NCBI GenBank assembly: GCA_018713325.1 | Contig: DVFJ01000017.1 | Span: 9,355 to 73,354 of the forward strand | Source of the DNA: Candidatus Onthenecus intestinigallinarum | GTDB lineage: Bacteria > Bacillota > Clostridia > Christensenellales > Aristaeellaceae | Direction of reading: 5' to 3' | Length of the DNA stretch: 64,000 bases | Shown here: positions 50,293 to 58,849 of the stretch, one piece after another | Numbering within the stretch: position 1 is the stretch's first letter | How the letters are laid out: the number at the start of each line of letters is the position of its first letter | The notes under the pieces: generated by a model | What the model saw: only the letters and a program-made list of their open reading frames with translations | The model's database searches: none | What the model was told of the DNA's origin: nothing | Made by a program: the position numbers and the translations under genes

Positions 50293-50313
50293 ACGAAAGC
50301 TCCTTTCCGGCTT

Positions 50314-51270
50314 TTAGAGGCTGAATCCGCTCTCGATGCGCTGGATGAAGGCGGGCTGGAGGATCTTGCAGGCGTAGGCCATGACCTTCCAGCCGACGGT
50401 GCTGGTCTGGTCGAGGGGGTCCTGGCTGCCGGCGCTGCCGGCGGGCTTGATCTTGGCCTGCACGTTGCCGCCGCCGTCGATGTCGATGGCGCCGTAGGCG
50501 TTCTGGCCAAAGACCAGCGTGGAGGCGACGTCCGCGCCCTCCGCGCCCGCGCCCTGGAAGACCTTGGCCTCGCTCGTGCAGATGACCTTGCAGCCGTAGA
50601 GCATGCCGATCTCGCCAAAGTAGACGTTCTCCTTGTCCTGGTAGCGGCTCACATCCAGCCAGGTGGGGTCGTCCATGAGGTCAAACTCGGTGTCCGGGCC
50701 GATCAGGGCGACGTAGTAGCCGCGCTTGGCGCCCCGGTGGAACATCGGCGCGTTGACCTTTTTCAGTGCGCGCACGGCCTTGCGCAGTTCCAGGCTGGTC
50801 AGCTTGTCGGCCGCGGTGAGCTCTGCGCGGCCGGTCTTGCCCCCGGCGTAGATCACGCTGGCGGCGGTGTGCAGCTCTTCACGGGCGAGGGTGTCCAGGG
50901 TGAGCGCACCCTGGCGGGCCATCATGTCGACGGCGTCGTTCTTGACGTTGTCGATGGCCGTCAGGTCGAGCAGGTCGCTGATGGTCACAAACCCGCCGTA
51001 CTGGCGCACGGTGACGGTCAGGCTGGACATGTCCAGCGTCTGGCCTTCGGGCGGTTCGCCCTCGGAGAGGGGCTCGGTCAGGGGGCCGAAGGGGGTCCAG
51101 CGGCGGAATTCCACGGTCTTGCCGTTGTGCGCGGGCATGGGCCGCTTCTGGGCGAACTGGTTGTGCACGAGCAGCGGCTTCATGTTCTCCAGCAGGCGCC
51201 GGTCGTAGAACTGCTTGGCCGCGGTGGCGGCGATGCCGCCGCTGGTGGTGAGGTTGGCGTTGTAGGTCAT
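50314..51270 (-). CDS. Major capsid protein, N4-gp56 family
   Basis: FYDRRLLE, QKRPMPAHNGKTVEFRRW, LSEGEPP, QYGGFVTISDLL, GEIGMLYG, DPLDQTSTVGWK. Confidence 0.93.
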   Translation of the reverse strand: MTYNANLTTSGGIAATAAKQFYDRRLLENMKPLLVHNQFAQKRPMPAHNGKTVEFRRWTPFGPLTEPLSEGEPPEGQTLDMSSLTVTVRQYGGFVTISDLLDLTAIDNVKNDAVDMMARQGALTLDTLAREELHTAASVIYAGGKTGRAELTAADKLTSLELRKAVRALKKVNAPMFHRGAKRGYYVALIGPDTEFDLMDDPTWLDVSRYQDKENVYFGEIGMLYGCKVICTSEAKVFQGAGAEGADVASTLVFGQNAYGAIDIDGGGNVQAKIKPAGSAGSQDPLDQTSTVGWKVMAYACKILQPAFIQRIESGFSL

Positions 51271-51294
51271 GCGTTCCTCCTTTGGGTCGGCGGG

Positions 51295-51822
51295 TTACAG
51301 GGGGACGCGTTCGACGCCCGCAAGGGCGCGGTCGACGCGTTCGCAGAAGGCGGCGAAGTCTTCGCTGCTCATGCGACGGAAGTTGGGCGCGGGGGCGGCG
51401 GCGACGCCGCGGGCGCTGAGCACGGGCGCTTCGGCCTCGCGGCCGCGCCAGTAGGCGTAGGCGGTGGCCACATCCCACTCGCCCGTATCGATGCGCGCGG
51501 CGGCGACGGGATCGTCAAACATGCCGCGCAGGTCTGCGCCGGCGCCCACGAGCGCGCGCAGCTGGCCTTCAAGCGCGGCCAGCCGCGTCGCGCCGGGATG
51601 CGTCGCGTCCGGATGCGTCGCGCCGGACGATGTTTCCTCGCGGGCCGTTTCCTCGCGCGTCTCCCTCTCCCCCGCCTCCGCTTCATGGGCGTTCTGCGGG
51701 GGCTGGCGGGTTTCGGGCGATGCTTCGGGCTGCGCTTCAGCCGGCGCTTCGGGCGGTGTTCCCGGCAGCGCCTCAGGCAATGCCTGCTGTTGCGGCGAGG
51801 GGTTGAGCTGTTCTGTTGCCAT
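51295..51822 (-). CDS. Putative capsid scaffolding protein
   Basis: Acidic Pro/Glu-rich N-terminus, C-terminal FRRMSSEDFAAF; lies between portal and capsid. Confidence 0.65.
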   Translation of the reverse strand: MATEQLNPSPQQQALPEALPGTPPEAPAEAQPEASPETRQPPQNAHEAEAGERETREETAREETSSGATHPDATHPGATRLAALEGQLRALVGAGADLRGMFDDPVAAARIDTGEWDVATAYAYWRGREAEAPVLSARGVAAAPAPNFRRMSSEDFAAFCERVDRALAGVERVPL

Positions 51823-53395
51823 CGTTCAAACCTCCTTGTTGGTTTGCGCCGTCGAGCGCGTCGAGGATCTGTTCGCGGTTGTCCACGCCCTGCATGAGGG
51901 AGACGATGGCCCGCGGGGACAGGGGCGTGCCGCTCTTGAGGCACAGGTCCGCCAGTTGCAGGATGAATTCGTTGTGGGCCTGCACGCGCAGGGGGTTGCG
52001 TCGCTGCACATGTACGCGCACCTCGTAGGGCGGCCGGTTCTGTCCGGCGCGGGCGGGCAGCAGGAGCACGGAGCGCGTGCGCAGCGTGCCGCCGGGGGTA
52101 GCGCGGGCGACCATGAGGGCGCGGCGGGCGCGGATGCGTTCGGAGAGGATGCGCAGCATCTGCTCCACCGTCTGGCGGAAGCTCTCGGTGTAGGCGGCGG
52201 CATGCAGGCGGGTGATCTTGCCTCCTGCCTCCTGCAGGGCCTGAATGGCGCTGGCGGCGGTGACGCCCAGACCGGCCTCGCCGCGGGAGAACTGGTTCTG
52301 TCCGCTGTCCTGCTTCATCACGTCGGTCAGGTAGGTCATGAAGTTCATGACCTGTGGGTTGAGGGGTGCGGCCTGGAAGGAGCGCAGCGCGTCCTCACCG
52401 ATGGCGCCGCGTGCGCCGACGAAGTCGCGGGTCCAGTCGGCGAGGGCCTCGCCGTCCAGGCCTGCGTCCTCACGGTAGATGAATCGCTGGCGGCTGGAGG
52501 CGCGGGCGTTTTCGTCGATGTATCCGGCATAGCGGCAGGTGGCGCGCCACTGGTCGACGCAGTCCTCGACCAGGCCGTAACCAAAGGGGGAATCCTCGCG
52601 GCGGCGGTAGCGGAAGAGGATGAAGGGATAGCAGCCATGGGCGAAAACGGAGGCGCGGGAGCAGTAGAGCAGCGCGCCGCCGGCGATCTGGGCCATGTGG
52701 ATTTCGCAGCGGCCGGTGCGCGGATCGCGGGTGCGAAACCAGTATTCGATCAGCAGCACGGGCGGTTCTCCCGCCGGGGAGTAGCCGTCGCGGGGCTCCC
52801 AGTAGGGATCGGAGCCGATGAATCGTTCAGCGTCGGGATAGCGTTGACGGTACCACTCGCGGGGATAGAAGGCGGTCTTGAATACGGCGCGGCCCTGCTG
52901 TACGTCGTCAAAGAGCGGGTCGGGAAAGAATCCCTCCATGGGCCAGCGTTCGACGCGGACCATGCCGCGGCCGTCGTCCATGCCGGGGTCCCAGTAGACC
53001 TGCAGGATGCCGGTTCCGGCGACGGCGCAGTCCTCCATGAGGCGTGCGTACTGCTCGTCGAAGGCGCTGTGATAGAGGGCGTAGCCGATGACGTCGGTGA
53101 GCAGATCGGCGCTGCGCTGCAATTCAGGCCGTTCGGGGAGCATGAGGGGTTCGGGCATGGCGTCGAGCTGATCGGCGACGACGTTGTCGACGGTGGAGTT
53201 GAGGGTGGCCAGGCGCAGCGCGGCCTGCGGGAGGACATCGTCGCGCAGGGTGCGCAGGCGGCGGCAGGCGCGGGCCCGGTCGTGGACTTCGCGATGCGCC
53301 TGGCGGAATTCCTCAAAGAGGGCAAGGCCCTCGTCGCGCACGCGTTGCTGGCGTTCGGAGAGGGGCTGGACAGGCGGCGTCAGGTCGTGGGTCAA
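51773..53395 (-). CDS. Phage portal protein (P22-like podoviral type)
   Basis: LNSTVDNVVADQLD..PEP, AGTGILQVYWDP, FFPDP, SPFGYGLV, GVTAASAIQALQEAG. Confidence 0.85.
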   Translation of the reverse strand: MTHDLTPPVQPLSERQQRVRDEGLALFEEFRQAHREVHDRARACRRLRTLRDDVLPQAALRLATLNSTVDNVVADQLDAMPEPLMLPERPELQRSADLLTDVIGYALYHSAFDEQYARLMEDCAVAGTGILQVYWDPGMDDGRGMVRVERWPMEGFFPDPLFDDVQQGRAVFKTAFYPREWYRQRYPDAERFIGSDPYWEPRDGYSPAGEPPVLLIEYWFRTRDPRTGRCEIHMAQIAGGALLYCSRASVFAHGCYPFILFRYRRREDSPFGYGLVEDCVDQWRATCRYAGYIDENARASSRQRFIYREDAGLDGEALADWTRDFVGARGAIGEDALRSFQAAPLNPQVMNFMTYLTDVMKQDSGQNQFSRGEAGLGVTAASAIQALQEAGGKITRLHAAAYTESFRQTVEQMLRILSERIRARRALMVARATPGGTLRTRSVLLLPARAGQNRPPYEVRVHVQRRNPLRVQAHNEFILQLADLCLKSGTPLSPRAIVSLMQGVDNREQILDALDGANQQGGLNDGNRTAQPLAATAGIA

Positions 53396-53413
53396 TGGGG
53401 GATCCTCCTTTTG

Positions 53414-53974
53414 TCAGGTGCAGGCGCGCAGGCCGTGGCGGTTGGGGATGGCGGGGCCGAGCGGACCGCGGGAGGAGAGGCGCGCAGAGGCCTCCAGGAA
53501 GCGGGCGTGGAAGAAATCCGCTCGCTTGGCGCGATCGCCGGCAGAGGCGGCGCACAGGCGAAAGGCGGCGAAGTCGCATAGCGCGGGATGCGACCAGGCG
53601 GGCAGTCGCGGGATGTCCGCGTCGAGTTCCAGGTCGTCCTCGTCGCGTACAAAGTCGATGCTCAGGGGCTCTTCGCCGCGGGCCAGCGGATAGAGGCGCA
53701 GGTTGTCCACCAGGAAGGGCACCGGCCGGCCGTTCAGGCGCACGCGCAGCACCTGCACCAGGCGCGGCAGGGCGCGCAGATCGGCAAAGCGTCCGTTTTC
53801 GCCGTCGTCCTGCAGTTCGAGCAGCGCGCAGGCCCGGGGGCGCAGCGCACGCTGAAGCAGGTCGTGATAGCCTTCATTGACGTACGCGCCGACGAGGTCG
53901 TCAAAGAGTGGGATGTCCTCGGGGTTTTCTCCAATCAGTTCCAGGGCGCGGGCCTTGATCTGTCCGAAAGTCAT
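53414..53974 (-). CDS. Head-tail adaptor (tail tubular protein A-like)
   Basis: MTFGQIKARALELIGE...YVNEGY...DADIPRLPAWSHPALCDFAAFRL. Confidence 0.6.
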   Translation of the reverse strand: MTFGQIKARALELIGENPEDIPLFDDLVGAYVNEGYHDLLQRALRPRACALLELQDDGENGRFADLRALPRLVQVLRVRLNGRPVPFLVDNLRLYPLARGEEPLSIDFVRDEDDLELDADIPRLPAWSHPALCDFAAFRLCAASAGDRAKRADFFHARFLEASARLSSRGPLGPAIPNRHGLRACT

Positions 53975-54056
53975 GGAATCCCCCTTTCGAAAGGTCGGAC
54001 AGGGAAGGGAAAGCGGCGGGGATGCGCCGCGGGGACCGAGGGCCTTGGCTCCCGCG

Positions 54057-55448
54057 TCATCCCAGCGGGTCAAACCGCTTCGTCCGCCGCTGCGGCGGCG
54101 TTCGCGGGGGCAGCGGTCGCGACATCAGAAAGTAGCGCGTCTCATCGTAGGCATGGTCTTCCGCCCGCGTGTCGATGTCCTCCACGGCGGCGGGGTCGTA
54201 GGCCAGAGCGGGCACCGTGCGAATGAAGTCCCGGCACGTCGTGCAGACCTGCAGCATCGGCCTCCCCTCGGCGTCGAATCGGAGCCGCTCATGTAGCTGC
54301 GCCTTGCCCGGCAGGCGCGCGTTGTTGCCCGGCGAGAGGAAGAGCGCCGGGACCGCCTCACGCATCTGGTCATAGACGCTGGCGCCGCGGCTTCCGTCCC
54401 AGATGCTCGGGTCCGCCACGCCGAATACTGCAATCCCGGCCCGGCGTTCCGGCTCCAGCGCGCGCTCGATGCGCCGCGCGATGTCGCCAGGGGCCAGGCG
54501 CACGCCCTCGTTGGGCGCGCCGTCGCAGCCATAGACCTCCTTGTAGCGGTAGACCTCGCCCCGTTCGCCCACGGCCCAGACGCCGCAGGAAAACGGCCTG
54601 CTGTAGCCGTAGTCGAAGGAGATCCAGCGCGGCCAGTGCGCGGGCGGATCAAACGGCGCGATCACATGGGTGTACCGGCCGTCGGCGTAGTGCGCGGGGT
54701 CGTCGGTCCATTCGGGGAAGGCCTGGCCCTCGAAGGCGTCCCAGCGGCCCAGCAGCAGCGCGTCGCGCAGAGCGCGGGGCTTGCTCTCCAGCTCAAAGAC
54801 GTAGTCATCGTCGATGTAGGGGTTGTCGCGCACCGTCGCCTGGATGAACTGCCGCGTGCGCACCTGAGTTCGGCCCAGGATTGCCGAGGCCACCGGTTCG
54901 CGGATGATCGTTCCGGGCGGCGCAGGGTCGACGAAGCGCTCGCGGACCCAGGCATGGCCCGGTCCGCCGGGATTGGCCGTACAGCGCACGAGCGGCCGGA
55001 TACCCAGGCGTCGGTCGGCGCGCACGCGCGTGCGCAGGTACTCGTAGGTGTCGCGGCGGAAGTGCGTCAGTTCGTCGATGTAGAGCCAGTGGATCTCCGC
55101 GCCCTGATAGCGCAGCTTGTCGGCGTCCTCGTTGTTGCAGTGGCAAAAGCGCATCGTCGAACCGTTGACCAGTCGAAAGGCGTAGTGCGACGCGCTGTAC
55201 GTGCCCAGTTGCGGCGGAATGACGCGCTGGGCGATGGCGACCAGGTTCTTTTCCAGCTCCTGATACGTCCTGCGAAATAGAAAGGCTTCGGTGCCGGGGT
55301 GTCGCAGGCAGCGCAGCAGCGCGTCCCATACGCAGGCATAGCTCTTGCCGCCTCCGGCCGCGCCGCCATAGAGCACTTCGAATGCCTTCGAGGCGTGGAA
55401 CGCCCGTTGCCGCGCGGTCGGCTCATAGTGTAGCATCACTTGCCCCAT
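54057..55448 (-). CDS. Terminase large subunit
   Basis: Walker A YGGAAGGGKS, Walker B LYIDELT, TANPGGPGH, nuclease ISFDYGYSRP and EDHAYDETRY. Confidence 0.95.
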   Translation of the reverse strand: MGQVMLHYEPTARQRAFHASKAFEVLYGGAAGGGKSYACVWDALLRCLRHPGTEAFLFRRTYQELEKNLVAIAQRVIPPQLGTYSASHYAFRLVNGSTMRFCHCNNEDADKLRYQGAEIHWLYIDELTHFRRDTYEYLRTRVRADRRLGIRPLVRCTANPGGPGHAWVRERFVDPAPPGTIIREPVASAILGRTQVRTRQFIQATVRDNPYIDDDYVFELESKPRALRDALLLGRWDAFEGQAFPEWTDDPAHYADGRYTHVIAPFDPPAHWPRWISFDYGYSRPFSCGVWAVGERGEVYRYKEVYGCDGAPNEGVRLAPGDIARRIERALEPERRAGIAVFGVADPSIWDGSRGASVYDQMREAVPALFLSPGNNARLPGKAQLHERLRFDAEGRPMLQVCTTCRDFIRTVPALAYDPAAVEDIDTRAEDHAYDETRYFLMSRPLPPRTPPQRRTKRFDPLG

Positions 55449-55972
55449 GTTCCGGCCTCCCCGTCGGCGTCGCCTCCTGCGCGCGCACTGGGATGGTCTG
55501 CGCTTCCCCCGGCCTTGTCTTCGTCCGTCTTCATGGCTTCCGCTCCTCCCTTCACGTCCGTTTCATCTCCGGCCTCTTCGGCTTCGGCGAGGAATCCCTC
55601 GGAGCAGCCGATGAGCACCACGCGCACGCCCTCAGGGTCGGCGCCGCGCACGCCCGCACGGTCGAGCAGGTCGCGACAGGCGGCGAGCGCAGCGGATGGG
55701 TTGGCGCCGCGCAGGATGTCCAGCTCCGTGCGCACGGCCTCGAGCGTTCCGGCCCGGATGAGCCGGGAGGCGTCGTCGGCGGCGCGCTCGGTGATGCGGG
55801 TCATGTAGGCGCGGCAGGCGGGCTCGCGCAGCCAGCGGGCGAGAGTGGCGCGGGTGACGCCCGCCTCGCGGGCGACGTCGTCGGGTCGGATGCCTGCGCA
55901 GTAGCGCTCGACGGCGATGCGCCGCCGGGCGGGCAACGCGGGTGCATCCAGGCAAAAGGGCTCGTCATTCAA
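55436..55972 (-). CDS. HTH protein, putative terminase small subunit
   Basis: VAREAGVTRATLARWLREP HTH, AACRDLLDRAG; immediately upstream of and overlapping terL; TTG start after GGAGGAG. Confidence 0.65.
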   Translation of the reverse strand: MNDEPFCLDAPALPARRRIAVERYCAGIRPDDVAREAGVTRATLARWLREPACRAYMTRITERAADDASRLIRAGTLEAVRTELDILRGANPSAALAACRDLLDRAGVRGADPEGVRVVLIGCSEGFLAEAEEAGDETDVKGGAEAMKTDEDKAGGSADHPSARAGGDADGEAGTWGK

Positions 55973-56036
55973 TGCGCTCCTCCGTTCCATCCCGGTCAAG
56001 TGTCACGATCTCTCCGCACGTTCCGAGCTCAGAAAT

Positions 56037-56050
56037 CGAACGTTTGTTCT
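56037..56050. promoter_or_regulatory. SOS (LexA/DinR, Cheo) box
   Basis: CGAAC-GTTT-GTTCT matches GAAC-N4-GTTC, just downstream of the -10 of the structural-operon promoter. Confidence 0.75.
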
Positions 56051-56061
56051 CGTGCACTGGG

Positions 56062-56090
56062 GTTATACCAACATACGGGGCATTTTTCAA
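56062..56090 (-). promoter_or_regulatory. sigmaA-type promoter of the terminase-to-holin operon
   Basis: TTGAAA-17-TATAAC with extended TG and an upstream A-tract. Confidence 0.75.
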
Positions 56091-56740
56091 GTTTTTTTTG
56101 CAGAATGCCGCGAAAAATTTTCATAGCCGCGCAGCCGCCTGCGCAGGATGGACAGGGCTTCGCGCTCGATGAGGCGGATGTTTTCCGCGGAACAGCCCAG
56201 CCGCATCGCGATGTCGCAAAGTCTGCGGCGGCGCAGGATGCGCTCTCTCACGACGAAGCGCTGCCTTGGGGAGAGCGCGCGCAGCGCGCGCATGAGGTCG
56301 GCGCGCAGCTCGGCGCGGTCAAATCCCGGATCCGCTGCCGCCAGGTCGTCGGAGATGGCGGGCGTGGTGGCGGCGCGAAGGGCGGCCAGCTCCGCGCCGG
56401 GAAGCGGGAGCGCTTCGCCGCGCAAGAAGCGGGCGTAGTCGGCACGGCGGCGGTGCGGGATGTGGATGCTGGCAAACATGAGGCGCACGCCATGGGCGGC
56501 CTCGTTGCGGATGTAGGGATAGGCGACCGTCGGAAAATGGATGCCGCGCGCAGGGTCGAAGTCGCGGGCAGCCTTGCACAGGCCGATCATGCCGTATGCG
56601 ACGAGTTCCCGGCGCAGGCTGGGCGGCATGTCGGGATAGGCGCGCGCGATGACGGCGCGTACCAGCGACCGATGGCCGAGCACGAGTTGCTCGCGGTCGG
56701 CCTTCTCCTTCCCGGACCGTTCCTCCGGCCCGGGATGCAT
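56087..56740 (-). CDS. Sigma-70 family sigma factor (SigF/SigG/SigB-like, group 3)
   Basis: Region 2: LVAYGMIGLCKAARDFDPARGIHFPTVAYPYIRNE; region 4: LSPRQRFVVRER...IAMRLGCSAENIRLIEREAL. Start set at ATG after GGAGGGG; the frame stays open to 57403. Confidence 0.85.
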   Translation of the reverse strand: MHPGPEERSGKEKADREQLVLGHRSLVRAVIARAYPDMPPSLRRELVAYGMIGLCKAARDFDPARGIHFPTVAYPYIRNEAAHGVRLMFASIHIPHRRRADYARFLRGEALPLPGAELAALRAATTPAISDDLAAADPGFDRAELRADLMRALRALSPRQRFVVRERILRRRRLCDIAMRLGCSAENIRLIEREALSILRRRLRGYENFSRHSAKKT

Positions 56741-57425
56741 GGCGTCCCCTCCATGGGTCGCATCAGTCCGTCTCTCCGGCGTCCGATCCCCGCACACTCC
56801 AGCCGTCTCCTGAGGCGCGCGTTCGCATGCGCCCTCGCCACGCCGTCTCCGGCGTCTCGCCGCATATGCAGCCCCGTTCACCTCCATGTCCGGGTCCCCG
56901 GCCCGCGCCCGCTCCATGCCCTGCTCCGCCTCGTCCATGACAGGCCCCGCACGCCGCCTGCGCCGAGCGCCGCCCGCAGCCTCCACGTGGCATGGCGCGC
57001 TCCGCTCGTCCAGAGCCGCCATGCCGCATGCCGCCCCCGGCGTCTCCTGTCCGTCCCCTTCGCCCTGCGCCCGACGGCGTCTCCTGCCCGTTCCCGGCGT
57101 CCCATCCCGCCGCGGCGCGCCGTCCACGCATTCCGCCGCGTTCGCGCCGTCCCGTCTGCGCCGGCACCTTCCGATCCCCTTCGCCCGTTCAGTGCCCATT
57201 TCACTCGCCGCGCCGTCCGTCCAGTCCGCGGCCACATCGCACAGCTTCGCTTCCCCGTTCTTCTCGCTGCTCGTATCCAAAGCATTCCTTTCCCCTTTCT
57301 GCGGCGTCAAAACGCCCTCTGTCTCTCCAGGTAAAGCCGTCCCTTCTCCCTGTAACGGCCCGGTCGCGCTTCCCATGCGGTCCTCCTCTGCTGTCCATGC
57401 CATGCTTCAGCCCTCCTCCTCTCCT

Positions 57426-57857
57426 TCAGATCCGGTTCTGTCCCCCGTCTTCGCCGCCTCCCGGGTCCGCGCCGCGGCGCGTCTGCATCCGCTCCCAGCC
57501 CATCAGCTCGCAGCGGACGCAACCCGGCCCCGCCTGAAATACCAGGCGGATGGCCACGGCGTCGCCGGGGCGGAGGCGGCCTGCCAAATGCGGCGCGGCG
57601 CGCGCGCACAGTCTGAGTCCGTTTCGCATGCGCGCAAAGGGCAGGCGGGTCTGTTCGTTGAAGCGTCCCTCACGCCGCCCCCGCCAAAGGCATGCCGCGG
57701 CGCACGCGTCGTCGATGCGCCAGCCGTCCGCCCTTCGCGCGATCCACAGGCTCACACGGCGTGCGCGCGGCATCACGCCCAGCACGATCGCTTCACCGAT
57801 GCGTACGCCCACGCCGCCCCTGTCGCGCGCACATTCCGCGCCATATTCGCATATCAT
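57426..57857 (-). CDS. Hypothetical protein, first gene of the leftward regulatory operon
   Basis: TAAGGAGG RBS then MICEYGAEC; downstream of the leftward promoter; no family recognised. Confidence 0.55.
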   Translation of the reverse strand: MICEYGAECARDRGGVGVRIGEAIVLGVMPRARRVSLWIARRADGWRIDDACAAACLWRGRREGRFNEQTRLPFARMRNGLRLCARAAPHLAGRLRPGDAVAIRLVFQAGPGCVRCELMGWERMQTRRGADPGGGEDGGQNRI

Positions 57858-57992
57858 GCAAATATCCCTCCTTATTTCGCATTTAATGCGACATATGGTA
57901 ACACACGGAATCGCCCGCGTCAAGCACTTTTTCGCGTTTCATGCGAATTTTTTTGCCGACGTGTTGCAAATGCGCGAAAAAGCTGATATACT
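57846..57992. promoter_or_regulatory. Divergent promoters with three repressor operators
   Basis: 17-bp palindromes TTCGCATATCATGCAAA (57846), TTCGCATTTAATGCGAC (57876), TTCGCGTTTCATGCGAA (57931). Leftward TTGACG-17-TACCAT (57923-57895); rightward TTGCAA-17-TATACT (57964-57992). Confidence 0.8.
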
Positions 57993-58020
57993 CAAGAAGA
58001 GAAACCGGGAGGTGAGCGGG

Positions 58021-58662
58021 ATGTCGATGGGCGAACGGATTCGGCGGCGGAGGCAGGAATTGGGATTGACCGTCGAGGAGGTTTCCCGGGCGTTGGGGAA
58101 AAACCGCGCGACGGTGTATCGATACGAGCGCGGGGACATCGAGGATTTGCCCACGACGGCGTTGGAGCCGCTGTCGCGGGTGCTGCAAACGACGCCGTCC
58201 TATCTGGCGGGCTGGACAGAGGATGTGGACGGAATCGAGGGGCTGCTGGCAGTGCGCAGCCGCCGGGTGCCCCTGGTGGGCGCGATCGCATGCGGCGAGC
58301 CGATCTGCGCGCCGGAGATCGAGGTGCTGGAGGTCGAAGCGGACCTTCAATGCGACTGCGCGATGGTCTGCCGCGGAGACAGCATGACGGGCGCGCGCAT
58401 CTATGATGGCGACATCGTGTACCTGCGCCGCCAGGAGGATGTAGAAGACGGCCAGATTGCGGCGGTGAGCATCGACGGGGAGCTGACGCTCAAGCGCGTG
58501 TTCAAGGTGCGGGATCTGGATGATGAAGGCCGCGTGATCTACCGCACGGAGCTGCGCGCGGAAAATCCGCGGTATGCGCCCATCCGGCTGGGAGGCCCGG
58601 GCGAGACGCGGCGGGCGGATATTCTGGGCCTGGCGGTGGCGTTCCGCTCGCGCCTGACGTGA
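58021..58662 (+). CDS. CI/LexA-like repressor (XRE HTH plus S24 autopeptidase)
   Basis: MGERIRRRRQELGLTVEEVSRALGKNRATVYRYERG; IACGEP cleavage loop, GDSM (Ser), TLKRV (Lys). Confidence 0.92.
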   Translation: MSMGERIRRRRQELGLTVEEVSRALGKNRATVYRYERGDIEDLPTTALEPLSRVLQTTPSYLAGWTEDVDGIEGLLAVRSRRVPLVGAIACGEPICAPEIEVLEVEADLQCDCAMVCRGDSMTGARIYDGDIVYLRRQEDVEDGQIAAVSIDGELTLKRVFKVRDLDDEGRVIYRTELRAENPRYAPIRLGGPGETRRADILGLAVAFRSRLT

Positions 58663-58763
58663 ACCGGCAAAGGGCGCGCCCCGCGGCCCGCCCTCGAGTG
58701 CCGTTCACATCCCTGCGCTCCGGGGCCGTCGCCCCTGCCCGTCCATGCGCGTGGAAGCGCAAC

Positions 58764-58807
58764 AAAAAAAAGCCGGCGCGCCATTTCTTTCGAAATGGCG
58801 CGCCGGC
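58764..58807 (-). terminator. Intrinsic terminator of purL
   Basis: Perfect 16-bp stem GCCGGCGCGCCATTTC/GAAATGGCGCGCCGGC plus an 8-T run on the minus strand. Confidence 0.85.
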
Positions 58808-58849
58808 CTCAAAACGGGGTTGGTGCGCTCCGGCAATCGGCGTTCGCGC

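Larger units (their letters stand above)
40635..58662. mobile_element. Phage-derived particle gene cluster (GTA/PBSX-like or cryptic podoviral prophage) without integrase or replication genes
   Basis: Contiguous repressor, sigma factor, terminase, portal, capsid, short-tail, fibre and lysis genes between yacL and purL; GC content similar to the host by eye. Confidence 0.88.

Noticed and set aside
51585-51665. 15-bp repeats in the scaffold gene as a packaging site or origin
   Set aside because: In-frame coding micro-duplications (THPDA/THPGA, REETA) in a disordered region; no AT-rich origin features
40635-58662. Tailocin or contractile injection system
   Set aside because: No sheath, tube, tape measure or baseplate wedge genes; capsid, portal and terminase are present
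40635-58662. PICI or other phage satellite
   Set aside because: No integrase or primase/replicase, and it carries its own tail and lysis genes
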